From positions 553-64,552 of the forward strand of contig CAXAAR010000002.1 of assembly GCA_963966765.1 (NCBI GenBank): 64,000 bases of DNA, written 5' to 3'. Below, in pieces: positions 52,911 to 64,000 of the stretch. This DNA is from an uncultured Halieaceae bacterium. GTDB taxonomy: Bacteria > Pseudomonadota > Gammaproteobacteria > Pseudomonadales > Halieaceae. The position numbers and the translations under genes are program-made. Numbering within the stretch: the first letter of the stretch is position 1; each line of letters opens with the position of its first letter. Under the pieces are notes generated by a model. The model saw only the letters and a list, made by a program, of their open reading frames with translations, was not told the origin of the DNA and did not search any database.

Positions 52911-54230
52911 CTAACTAACAGTCTCCAGTGGGCTTTCAGGCGTGACCTGAGAGGTCAGGAACTCAAGAGAAAAACAGCTCCCATGCCCCAATTTCGACTC
53001 GATGTGCAGACGTGCATCATGTCCGGCAGCTACATGCTTTACGATCGCCAGCCCCAAGCCCGTGCCCCCGCCTGAATATGATCGCGACTCATCAATTCGG
53101 TAAAAACGTTCCGTGAGTCGCGGCAGATGCTCTTCAGCGATGCCCAAACCACTATCGCTAACACTCAGGGCTAAAGTATCAGAATCTGTGCGCTTCCAAG
53201 TCACCAACACTGGCGCGCCTTTGGGCGAATACTTGACCGCATTCACCACCAGATTAATGACCGCACTGTAGAGCTCACGATACTCTCCACGGACAGACTC
53301 TGAAGTCTCACAAATCAATTCAATGGTCGCCTCAGGGTATGCTGAACAGACCTCGGCAACCACTTCGGTGAGCAATGAAGGAATATGTACGTTCTCGAAA
53401 TCTGGTGCCTGTCCAATTCGGGCCTCGATTTTAGACAGCCACAGTAAGTCTCTCACCAGGTTCTCCATCCGCTGCGCTTGCTGTGACATTTGCTGCAGAG
53501 GCTTCAAATAGGCGGGAGCCAGCTGATCGGCATTATCGAGCATGGTCTCGAGATAGCCAGTAATGACGGTTAACGGTGTTCTCAACTCGTGCGAGACGTT
53601 GCCCACAAAATCCTGACGTGTCTGCTCAATCTGCACAAACCGGGTGATGTCCCTGACCAAAATAAGTCGATCACCAGCACCAAATGAACTGATCTCAACC
53701 TGAAAATGCGTTGCCGGATATCCCGTACTTTTGACCACACAAGGCTCTTGGTAGTCACCTGCAAGGAGATAACTTGAGAAATCAGGATAGCGCACCAGAC
53801 TCAGTACATTCTGTCCTTTATCCTGGGGGTATCGCAATCCGAGCAAACGCTGAGCAGAGGTATTGGACCACTCTATCAATCCGTTCTGATCCACCAAAAT
53901 AGCCCCGTCACGGAGAGACCGGAACGAGTCTCGCAGATAATCAACCGTATGCTGCAGTCGCGAACGAGCATCGCGATTATGACGTGCGATGGTATACATC
54001 TGATCGAGCATCATTCCCCAAGCACCCGCGCCTTCCGGTGGCTCGGTTTCGGGCTGATCAATCCATCGTAACACGCGTCTCAGGTGCCACAGATAAATCG
54101 ATAATCTCCAGCCAAGAACAAGCGCAACACTCTCTATTGGGTATCCGAGCCAAAAACCCAAGCCCAGGGCGATACCGAGCAGCACAACAACCGTCTGAAC
54201 CTCACGATACCACCGCCCTATTGCGCGCAT
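52911..54230 (-). CDS. phoR: Phosphate regulon sensor histidine kinase PhoR
   Basis: 439 aa with two N-terminal TM, a PAS region, the H-box FVGNVSHELRTPLT and an HATPase region (DSGLGIAEEHLPRLTERFYR...GGTGLGLAIVKH). Confidence 0.92.
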   Translation of the reverse strand: MRAIGRWYREVQTVVVLLGIALGLGFWLGYPIESVALVLGWRLSIYLWHLRRVLRWIDQPETEPPEGAGAWGMMLDQMYTIARHNRDARSRLQHTVDYLRDSFRSLRDGAILVDQNGLIEWSNTSAQRLLGLRYPQDKGQNVLSLVRYPDFSSYLLAGDYQEPCVVKSTGYPATHFQVEISSFGAGDRLILVRDITRFVQIEQTRQDFVGNVSHELRTPLTVITGYLETMLDNADQLAPAYLKPLQQMSQQAQRMENLVRDLLWLSKIEARIGQAPDFENVHIPSLLTEVVAEVCSAYPEATIELICETSESVRGEYRELYSAVINLVVNAVKYSPKGAPVLVTWKRTDSDTLALSVSDSGLGIAEEHLPRLTERFYRIDESRSYSGGGTGLGLAIVKHVAAGHDARLHIESKLGHGSCFSLEFLTSQVTPESPLETVS

Positions 54231-54236
54231 AGAAGA

Positions 54237-54938
54237 TCAGATACCCGGTGGTGAAAAGCGATAGCCAGTACCTCTCACCGTTTGCACCAAATGGCTGCAA
54301 TCGGTTGTCTCGGTCTGGAGTGCTTTACGAAGCCTTCTGATATGTACATCGATGGTCCGTTCTTCCACATACACGTTGCCGCCCCAGACTTGGTCGAGCA
54401 ACTGTCCACGCGTATAGGCCCGCTCTGGATGAGCCATAAAGAATGCCAACAACTTATATTCGGTTGGCCCCATGCTGAGTGGCTCGCCCGCTAGAAAGAC
54501 CCTATGACTACTCATATCGAGCACCAACTCACCAGCCTCTAGACGTTCACTCGAGGGCATCGCGCCACTGCGGCGCAACAGAGCGCGAATTCTTGCTATC
54601 AGCTCCCGCGGTGCAAAGGGCTTAGTAATATAGTCATCAGCACCAACATCGAGACCTTGAATGAGATTGTCTTCGGCGGTTTTCGCGGTCAGCATAATGA
54701 CAGGGATTTCTTCAGTGACCTTGTCGCGTTTTAAACGTCGCAACAACTCGATACCACTGCCACCGGGTAGCATCCAGTCGAGCAATACGATATCTGGACG
54801 TCTATCAACGATGATCGCATGAGCGTCGAGAATATTATCGCACTCAATGCACCTGAGATCGGCAATTTCGAGTGCCATACGCAGCATATCTCGAATTGCG
54901 ACTTCGTCTTCCACCACCAGTACTTTGCAATTTTTCAA
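54237..54938 (-). CDS. phoB: Phosphate regulon response regulator PhoB
   Basis: 233 aa with a receiver domain (VLVVEDE...VLLDWMLPGGSG...MLTAK) and an OmpR/PhoB wHTH (RTIDVHIRRLRKAL...VQTVRGTGYRF). The start is TTG at 54938, preceded by GAGGAGG. Confidence 0.92.
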   Translation of the reverse strand: MKNCKVLVVEDEVAIRDMLRMALEIADLRCIECDNILDAHAIIVDRRPDIVLLDWMLPGGSGIELLRRLKRDKVTEEIPVIMLTAKTAEDNLIQGLDVGADDYITKPFAPRELIARIRALLRRSGAMPSSERLEAGELVLDMSSHRVFLAGEPLSMGPTEYKLLAFFMAHPERAYTRGQLLDQVWGGNVYVEERTIDVHIRRLRKALQTETTDCSHLVQTVRGTGYRFSPPGI

Positions 54939-54974
54939 GGTTACGCCTCCTCGTCATGACTGTAACATTGAAAT

Positions 54975-55009
54975 ATTATGATCGAAAAGCCGTGACAGTT
55001 CTGTGACAC
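54975..55009 (-). promoter_or_regulatory. Pho box plus -10 element upstream of phoB
   Basis: The minus strand reads GTGTCACAGAACTGTCAC (54992-55009). These are two TGTCAC direct repeats with an 11-bp period, close to the E. coli consensus CTGTCATA(A/T)A(A/T)CTGTCA(C/T). An 11-nt spacer follows, then CATAAT (54975-54980). Confidence 0.65.
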
Positions 55010-55032
55010 ACCCCTGAAAAAAGTGGGCCCTG

Positions 55033-58662
<3,630 letters not shown>

Positions 58663-58684
58663 CAGAACAGTCTTCCTCGTGACA

Positions 58685-61600
58685 TTAGCTGGCCGCCAAC
58701 TCAGCAGCCTCTTCGACGTCAACCGACACGAGTCGTGATACTCCAGGCTCATGCATGGTCACGCCAAGAAGCTGATCAGCCAGCTCCATCGACAGTTTAT
58801 TGTGAGTAATGTAGATGAATTGCACCTTCGAGGACATCTCTTTTACCATCTTGGCATAGCGTCCCACGTTGGCGTCATCGAGTGGCGCATCGACTTCGTC
58901 GAGCATACAAAATGGTGCGGGATTCAACTGGAAAATCGAGAATACCAAAGCAATCGCCGTGAGTGCTTTTTCGCCACCAGACAAAAGATGAATCGTGCTG
59001 TTCTTCTTGCCCGGGGGTTGCGCCATGATCGCAACGCCCGTATCGAGCAGATCATCGCCAGTCATTTCTAGATGTGCCGAGCCACCGCCAAAGAACCGAG
59101 GGAACAAAGTTTGCAAACCGGCATTTACTTCTTCAAAAGTTTCTCTGAATCGACTTCTGGTCTCTTTATCGATTTTGCGAATGGCGGCCTCTAACGTTTC
59201 AAGCGCGCTCTGTAAATCCTCGTGCTGCGAATCGAGATAGCTTTTGCGCTCCGACTGAGCTGCAAACTCGTCTATCGCGGCTAGGTTAATCGCACCCAGG
59301 CGTACAATTTTTTGACCCAAGGATTCAATGAGTTTTTGGACTTGCTCTAGTTCAGCACCTGGCTGAACAAGCGCACGAGCCTTGTCAACAGTCCAGTTTT
59401 CTTCCTCCAACCGCGCCACTATCGTGGCTTGTTGCACAGTCAGGGTTTGCCGCTCCAACCGCTGCGCCTCAAGAACTGAAGCTATCTGGTCGCGGCGACG
59501 CTCGATACCTAATCTGGCTTGATCAGCAGCGCGCACGGCTTGCTCGAGCTCGCTCAGTTGCGCCCGTGCCTGCGTTAATGTTTGTTCGATCTCTAACCTG
59601 TGCTCTAGTTGCCGTTCCAACTCGGCTTGCCGCTGGGTCACGACATCCCCGTCATTTTGAGCCATTTCACTCAAAATCAGTTCTCGTTGTGCATTGAGAT
59701 CTTGGGCTTGCTGTCGCAGACGTTCAATAGCCTGCTCAGTCGCAGCGACCTTCGCTTGAGCTTGCTGTTCTAGTAGGGTCGTTGAATACAACTGATCTCG
59801 ATCCTGCCTAGCTACTGTTCGCTGTGCTTCAACGCTATTGCGATGCGACTCTCGGAGTTCAATAAGCTGCTCGCGCTGTTTCGAATCTCGCTCGATCTGC
59901 TCTATCGCTTCGGCGAGCTCTCCGCGCGCCGCGGCCATCGCGCGCTCTTCCAAGTCATAATCCTTGCGCAACTCGCGGAGCTCCGCCTCGATTGCCGCGC
60001 GGCGCTCGTTCTCTTTGCTATTTCTCGCAAGAATCGCAGATATCTCTGCCCTCAGCCGACCCTGCTCAGTCGTCAAGGATTGCAAACGAGTGCGACAGGA
60101 TTCTAGTGTCCGATCCAACTCTGCAAGAGCGTGTTCATGCTCTGCGCCAAGCTTTTGTTGCTTGCCAATCGTATTCTCAAGGTCCACAGCAGCGGTCCTG
60201 AGACGCTCAATTTGCTCCTGCCGATAGAGCGCGCCTGATTCGGGATCATCAATTCGTCGTATTCTGATCCAATCAGGACCAAGCCAAACCCCATCAGGCG
60301 TAATAATCGACTCACCGGGTTTGAGTTGGCCTCGACCAAGCAATGCCTCACCCAGATCCTCGGCGGTTCTTACTGAGCTCAATACTGAGGGTAAAGTCTC
60401 TGATGTCACTTGAGCAGCGAGTGTTTGAGGCGGCTTAGACGTTTGTGAACGATCTTGCAAATACAGTTGTGTCGCGGGTAATTCCGCAATGGAGCGGCTA
60501 TCAACATCGAGCTTATCCACGACCCAACCGTGAATATCTTGGGCCAGAACCTGCTCTACGGCAGACTGCCATCGCTTAGAGACTGACAATTCGGTGACTA
60601 ATGTCGCACTATTGGTCATTCTGGATTGGTTGATCCAATCATCCACACCACGCTGAGTGTGACCCTCGTGCTGCTCTTGCAGGACCTCGAAAGAGGCAAG
60701 CTGACCCTGAACTTGTTGAGACTGAGTCCGCAAATCAGCAATAGTTGTCTGATGACCAGCCAGTTCAGTGCGCACCGATTCGCGATCTTGAATGGCTGCA
60801 AGTCTCTGCTGCTCGAGTGCCTCAGCCTCCTGTGTCAGTGCCAATAAACGCACCTCGAGGCGCTGAGTCTCGCCCTGATCAACCCGTGACTCAAGGCTCT
60901 CAAGCTCTGCCAGCAGTGCTTCCTGACGGCGCACCAACTTGGTGGTAACTTGCTCTAGATACTGTATTTTCGACTGTTGGAGCTCACTCGACTGTCGAGC
61001 CGCCGACGCTGATTGATTGAATGCTTCCCACTGCGACTGCCATTCCTGCATCGCAGATTCAGCGCCCTCAAGTGCCGCGGTTGAACCCTCAACCCTGACT
61101 TCCATCGCCGTACGCTGAGGACTCAACTCCGCCAGCTCCGCCTGTGCAAGGGCAAGTGCCGCCTCGTCGCTCGCCAGCGAATCGTTGGCTAACTGGGCAC
61201 TGGCTTCAGCCTGCAGAAGCCTCTGCTGCAATTGGCCCTGGCGCTGCACCTCGAACTGGATTGCTTGCTCTAGACGGGTAACCTCAGCGCCTACCGCATA
61301 GTAATTTGCCTGAATTTGGTTACACGCGTCAGATGAATCGGTATAAGCCGCTCGCTGTTGCTCTAAATCAGCCTCTAACGCTCGGTAGTCGGCCATCACG
61401 CTCTCGCGATCAAGCTCGCTCTGATTAATAGTGCCGGCCAATGTGGCGATCTGATCCGCATACGCCTGCCAGTGCAGCGCACCGCTCAAAGCCCGAGCAT
61501 CTCGTTCTTGCTGCTTCAACTCTCGATATTGTTCCGCCGCCTGAGCTTGGCGCTCTAAATGATGAATCTGACGTCCAAGCTCGTCGCGAATATCTTGCAG

Positions 61601-62179
61601 GCGCTCAAGGTTTTCGAGCGTACGGCGCATTCGAGTCTCGGTCTCTTTACGACGTTCCTTATATTTGGAGATACCTGCAGCTTCTTCAATAAAAATCCGC
61701 AAGTCCTCGGGCTTCGACTCAATCAACCGCGAGATCATACCTTGCTCAATGATGGCGTAGCTTCGGGGACCTAATCCAGTGCCCAAAAATATGTCGGTGA
61801 TGTCTCGGCGACGACAGCGTGTCCCATTCAAGAAATAATCAGATTGCCCGGCACGGGTGACCAAGCGCTTAATCGAAATCTCAGCAAAAGCGGCATATTC
61901 ACCCACCACAGTGCCGTCTTGATTATCAAAAATTAGCTCTATCGAGGCCTGCCCTACCGGTTGACGACCACCAGAGCCATTAAAAATCACATCTGACATC
62001 GACTCGCCACGTAGGTTCTTGGCTGAGCTCTCACCCATTACCCAGCGCACGGCATCAATAATATTGGATTTGCCGCACCCGTTGGGACCCACAACGGCAC
62101 TCATGTTATGAGGAAAGTGAACAGTGGTCGGGTCTACGAAAGATTTAAAACCCGCTAATTTTATTGACTTTAATCGCAT
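58685..62179 (-). CDS. smc: Chromosome segregation protein SMC
   Basis: 1164 aa with Walker A GPNGCGKSN, long coiled coils around a hinge, signature LSGGEKAL and Walker B MLDEVDAPLD. Confidence 0.95.
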   Translation of the reverse strand: MRLKSIKLAGFKSFVDPTTVHFPHNMSAVVGPNGCGKSNIIDAVRWVMGESSAKNLRGESMSDVIFNGSGGRQPVGQASIELIFDNQDGTVVGEYAAFAEISIKRLVTRAGQSDYFLNGTRCRRRDITDIFLGTGLGPRSYAIIEQGMISRLIESKPEDLRIFIEEAAGISKYKERRKETETRMRRTLENLERLQDIRDELGRQIHHLERQAQAAEQYRELKQQERDARALSGALHWQAYADQIATLAGTINQSELDRESVMADYRALEADLEQQRAAYTDSSDACNQIQANYYAVGAEVTRLEQAIQFEVQRQGQLQQRLLQAEASAQLANDSLASDEAALALAQAELAELSPQRTAMEVRVEGSTAALEGAESAMQEWQSQWEAFNQSASAARQSSELQQSKIQYLEQVTTKLVRRQEALLAELESLESRVDQGETQRLEVRLLALTQEAEALEQQRLAAIQDRESVRTELAGHQTTIADLRTQSQQVQGQLASFEVLQEQHEGHTQRGVDDWINQSRMTNSATLVTELSVSKRWQSAVEQVLAQDIHGWVVDKLDVDSRSIAELPATQLYLQDRSQTSKPPQTLAAQVTSETLPSVLSSVRTAEDLGEALLGRGQLKPGESIITPDGVWLGPDWIRIRRIDDPESGALYRQEQIERLRTAAVDLENTIGKQQKLGAEHEHALAELDRTLESCRTRLQSLTTEQGRLRAEISAILARNSKENERRAAIEAELRELRKDYDLEERAMAAARGELAEAIEQIERDSKQREQLIELRESHRNSVEAQRTVARQDRDQLYSTTLLEQQAQAKVAATEQAIERLRQQAQDLNAQRELILSEMAQNDGDVVTQRQAELERQLEHRLEIEQTLTQARAQLSELEQAVRAADQARLGIERRRDQIASVLEAQRLERQTLTVQQATIVARLEEENWTVDKARALVQPGAELEQVQKLIESLGQKIVRLGAINLAAIDEFAAQSERKSYLDSQHEDLQSALETLEAAIRKIDKETRSRFRETFEEVNAGLQTLFPRFFGGGSAHLEMTGDDLLDTGVAIMAQPPGKKNSTIHLLSGGEKALTAIALVFSIFQLNPAPFCMLDEVDAPLDDANVGRYAKMVKEMSSKVQFIYITHNKLSMELADQLLGVTMHEPGVSRLVSVDVEEAAELAAS

Positions 62180-62269
62180 CTTTCTCGCGCTTAAGTGTCG
62201 CCTTGATGGCGCGACCTCAAATGAAACACTTTAATAATGGATTAGTGTACCCGCTTTCGCTGGAATCGC

Positions 62270-63457
62270 CTATGGCGTCAGTGAAAGGGATTCATCGCGC
62301 GGTGCTAAACGCACAACCACTGATTCAGCTTGCCGCAGTTGGACCGAGAGCTGTGGCGGCGCCAAGTAAGGTGCATCTTTGCTAGATGCGTCGCCGACCA
62401 ATGAGACATGCGCAGAGAGGGAAACGTGAGACAGACTCGAAAGGGTCTGCCCCGCCATAGAATCCTGATCTGAAAAAACAACACGACTCGGCAAGTCAGA
62501 CGCCGCAAGTCGCTTAACCGCGATCGGCATACCCGAGGCCGCGCCCTCTGGCCTCAGCACTAAATAGACACTGGCGCCCTCCGCGTCGTGACCTTCAGGT
62601 AGCGAGATCTCGACCACAAGCTGTGGCGCAACAACAGCGGGGGGCGCTGTGTCGCCACTCGCCTGACGTGCCTGTTGCAGAAGCTCATCAATCATAGAGA
62701 CTTCATTCCCTGAAGCTCGCAGCACAGACTGCAGTGTAGACCAGTAACCCACAGCAGTCTGATATGCCCCTGCCTCGAACGCCGCCATACCTAAAAGACC
62801 GAGTGCAGTTTGATCTGTGGGTGAGATGCTAATTGCCTGCTCAGCCCAAAGCCGAGCTTGCGTGTCCAGCACCCTACCACTACTGAGATATCTCGCCTGC
62901 GCTGCATAGGCGAGGACCTGAGGCGCTTCTGGGGCCAGCTCGACCAACCTTTCGTAGATCTCGGCTGCTCGAGAATAGTCTGCTTGACCCATGTAGTAGC
63001 TACCCAGAAGTCCGAGATACTCCGTGTTCTCAGGACGATCAATTAACCGATCCTCTAACTGCTGTGCCAACGCAGTAATTTCCCGAGGATCAGCGGCGGC
63101 CTCAAGCTGCTGAAGCTGACGCGCAATGGTTAAGTCTTGCGAGGCGCCGAGCTGTAAATAAAGGACAGCACTAGCCAAGCATAAAACAACCGCCACTCCC
63201 GCATAGACTCTAAAGGGCAGTTTCTGATCAGCGTTGACGACCTCGGGCAACTCATTGAACCCTTCTTCCAGAAGACGCAGAGCCGCCTCTTGCGTCAGCG
63301 ACTCGTCTTCCGCAAGGAGCTCGTTTTTGCGCATCTCAAGCCAATCCTTATTGGCCTCTTTGGTACTCACGCTGGCATTGACGCGCCGGGTAGACCACCA
63401 AAACAATACCAGCGTCAAGGTGAACACGACCACTAAGGGAGCGATAAAAGCAATCAC
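62270..63457 (-). CDS. ccmI: c-type cytochrome biogenesis protein CcmI (CycH)
   Basis: 395 aa with two N-terminal TM followed by TPR repeats. It lies immediately downstream of ccmH with a 4-nt overlap. Confidence 0.8.
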   Translation of the reverse strand: MIAFIAPLVVVFTLTLVLFWWSTRRVNASVSTKEANKDWLEMRKNELLAEDESLTQEAALRLLEEGFNELPEVVNADQKLPFRVYAGVAVVLCLASAVLYLQLGASQDLTIARQLQQLEAAADPREITALAQQLEDRLIDRPENTEYLGLLGSYYMGQADYSRAAEIYERLVELAPEAPQVLAYAAQARYLSSGRVLDTQARLWAEQAISISPTDQTALGLLGMAAFEAGAYQTAVGYWSTLQSVLRASGNEVSMIDELLQQARQASGDTAPPAVVAPQLVVEISLPEGHDAEGASVYLVLRPEGAASGMPIAVKRLAASDLPSRVVFSDQDSMAGQTLSSLSHVSLSAHVSLVGDASSKDAPYLAPPQLSVQLRQAESVVVRLAPRDESLSLTP

Positions 63458-63900
63458 TCAGAATCCTCAAGCAGCGCACTGATTTCGCGCGCGCGCGTGC
63501 TAAGCGGTCGCTCGGTCGCTGTTTTTCTTCGAGCCATAACACCCCACGCAATCAGTCCTAAGGCAAGAAAGAACCATGGCGCCAGCCAGAGCCACAAAGT
63601 GACGCCTGTTTTTGCCGGTTTATAACGCACAAATTCGCCGTAACGCAGCACCATCCCCTGGACAATCTCCTGATCGCTCGCACCGGCCTCGAGTTCCTCG
63701 TACAAGCGACGACGCAGATCTTTCGCGATGGGGGCGCCTGAATCAGAAATCGTCTGGTTCTGACACTTGGGGCAACGGAGCTCATCGACCAATTGATGAT
63801 AACGAAGCTCATAGTTTGGGTCAGAAAACTCGTAAGTCTCTACCACACCGAGTGCGGCGTTCGATGACCACAACAGCAGGCACGCTAGAAAAACTCTCAT
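63454..63900 (-). CDS. ccmH: Cytochrome c-type biogenesis protein CcmH (CycL)
   Basis: It has a signal peptide, the LRCPKCQNQTISDS (LRCxxC) motif and a C-terminal TM. I chose the ATG at 63900, which overlaps the ccmG stop (ATGA). Confidence 0.88.
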   Translation of the reverse strand: MRVFLACLLLWSSNAALGVVETYEFSDPNYELRYHQLVDELRCPKCQNQTISDSGAPIAKDLRRRLYEELEAGASDQEIVQGMVLRYGEFVRYKPAKTGVTLWLWLAPWFFLALGLIAWGVMARRKTATERPLSTRAREISALLEDSE

Positions 63901-64000
63901 GGTGCCGCCAATGCCCGATACGTTTGTCCTAACGCACCGTTCCAAACTCGACTATTCACTTCACCCACATGGCGGTAGCGAATAATGCCAGAGGCGTCGA
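63897..64000 (-). CDS. ccmG: Thiol:disulfide interchange protein DsbE/CcmG, 3' end only (gene starts beyond the right window edge)
   Basis: My minus-strand translation gives DASGIIRYRHVGEVNSRVWNGALGQTYRALAAP*, a typical CcmG C-terminus. It is followed by ccmH and ccmI. Confidence 0.7.
   Translation of the reverse strand, partial: DASGIIRYRHVGEVNSRVWNGALGQTYRALAAP

Noticed and set aside
52941-52958. Imperfect inverted repeat GTGACCTGAGAGGTCAG inside the phoR 3' end, considered as an internal Pho box for pstS
   Set aside because: Its repeats are inverted, not direct. It matches the CTGTCAT half-site poorly (about 5 of 7 positions). It lies too close to the pstS start to leave room for a -10 element and a leader.
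63486-63497. Alternating (CG)6 run
   Set aside because: It is short and lies inside the ccmH coding region, encoding ...STRAREI.... There is no evidence of any function beyond coding.

Overview
This is a 64-kb chromosomal segment of a gammaproteobacterium. Gene order and protein sequences look like Pseudomonadales/Cellvibrionales-type marine gammaproteobacteria, and GC is roughly 50% by eye. The species cannot be named without a database search. The window is almost entirely core housekeeping DNA at very high coding density, with many 1-8 nt gene overlaps. From about 16.8 kb onward nearly all genes are on the minus strand.

Contents, left to right:
- a two-gene biotin-dependent carboxylase, cut by the left edge
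- pabB, thrH, cysB, a 5'-nucleotidase and yajC
- MarR, bcp, rmuC, a NUDIX hydrolase and a flavin reductase
- a decayed MFS gene, an SDR, a gamma-carbonic anhydrase and a Coq4-family gene
- tRNA-Ser, a second decayed MFS gene and a small CxxC protein
- a YebC-family regulator, a CoA-transferase + HMG-CoA-lyase pair, queF and yadGH-like ABC-2 exporter genes
- tRNA-Glu and tRNA-Gly, then msrB, pdxB, epmC, tusA, a methyltransferase and gcvR
- an intact MFS gene, aroC, prmB and htpG
- the full sdhCDAB-sucAB-lpdA-sucCD cluster, divergent from gltA
- a KAS III gene, hisC, a fused phoB-phoR-pstSCAB-phoU unit and an SLT lipoprotein
- ligA, zipA, smc and ccmI/ccmH/ccmG, with ccmG cut by the right edge

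I found no CRISPR array, rRNA, integrase, transposase, phage gene, recognisable defence or toxin-antitoxin module, or long repeat. I therefore see no convincing evidence of a new multi-gene system here. The findings below are modest:
- two MFS pseudogenes
- a bacterial Coq4 homologue with an intact metal-binding motif
- a compact Pho super-operon with one Pho box and long-form PstC/PstA
- orphan two-gene acyl-CoA modules
- overlapping convergent stop codons
- one AT-rich 416-bp non-coding tract

All calls come from reading the translations and the DNA. No searches were run.
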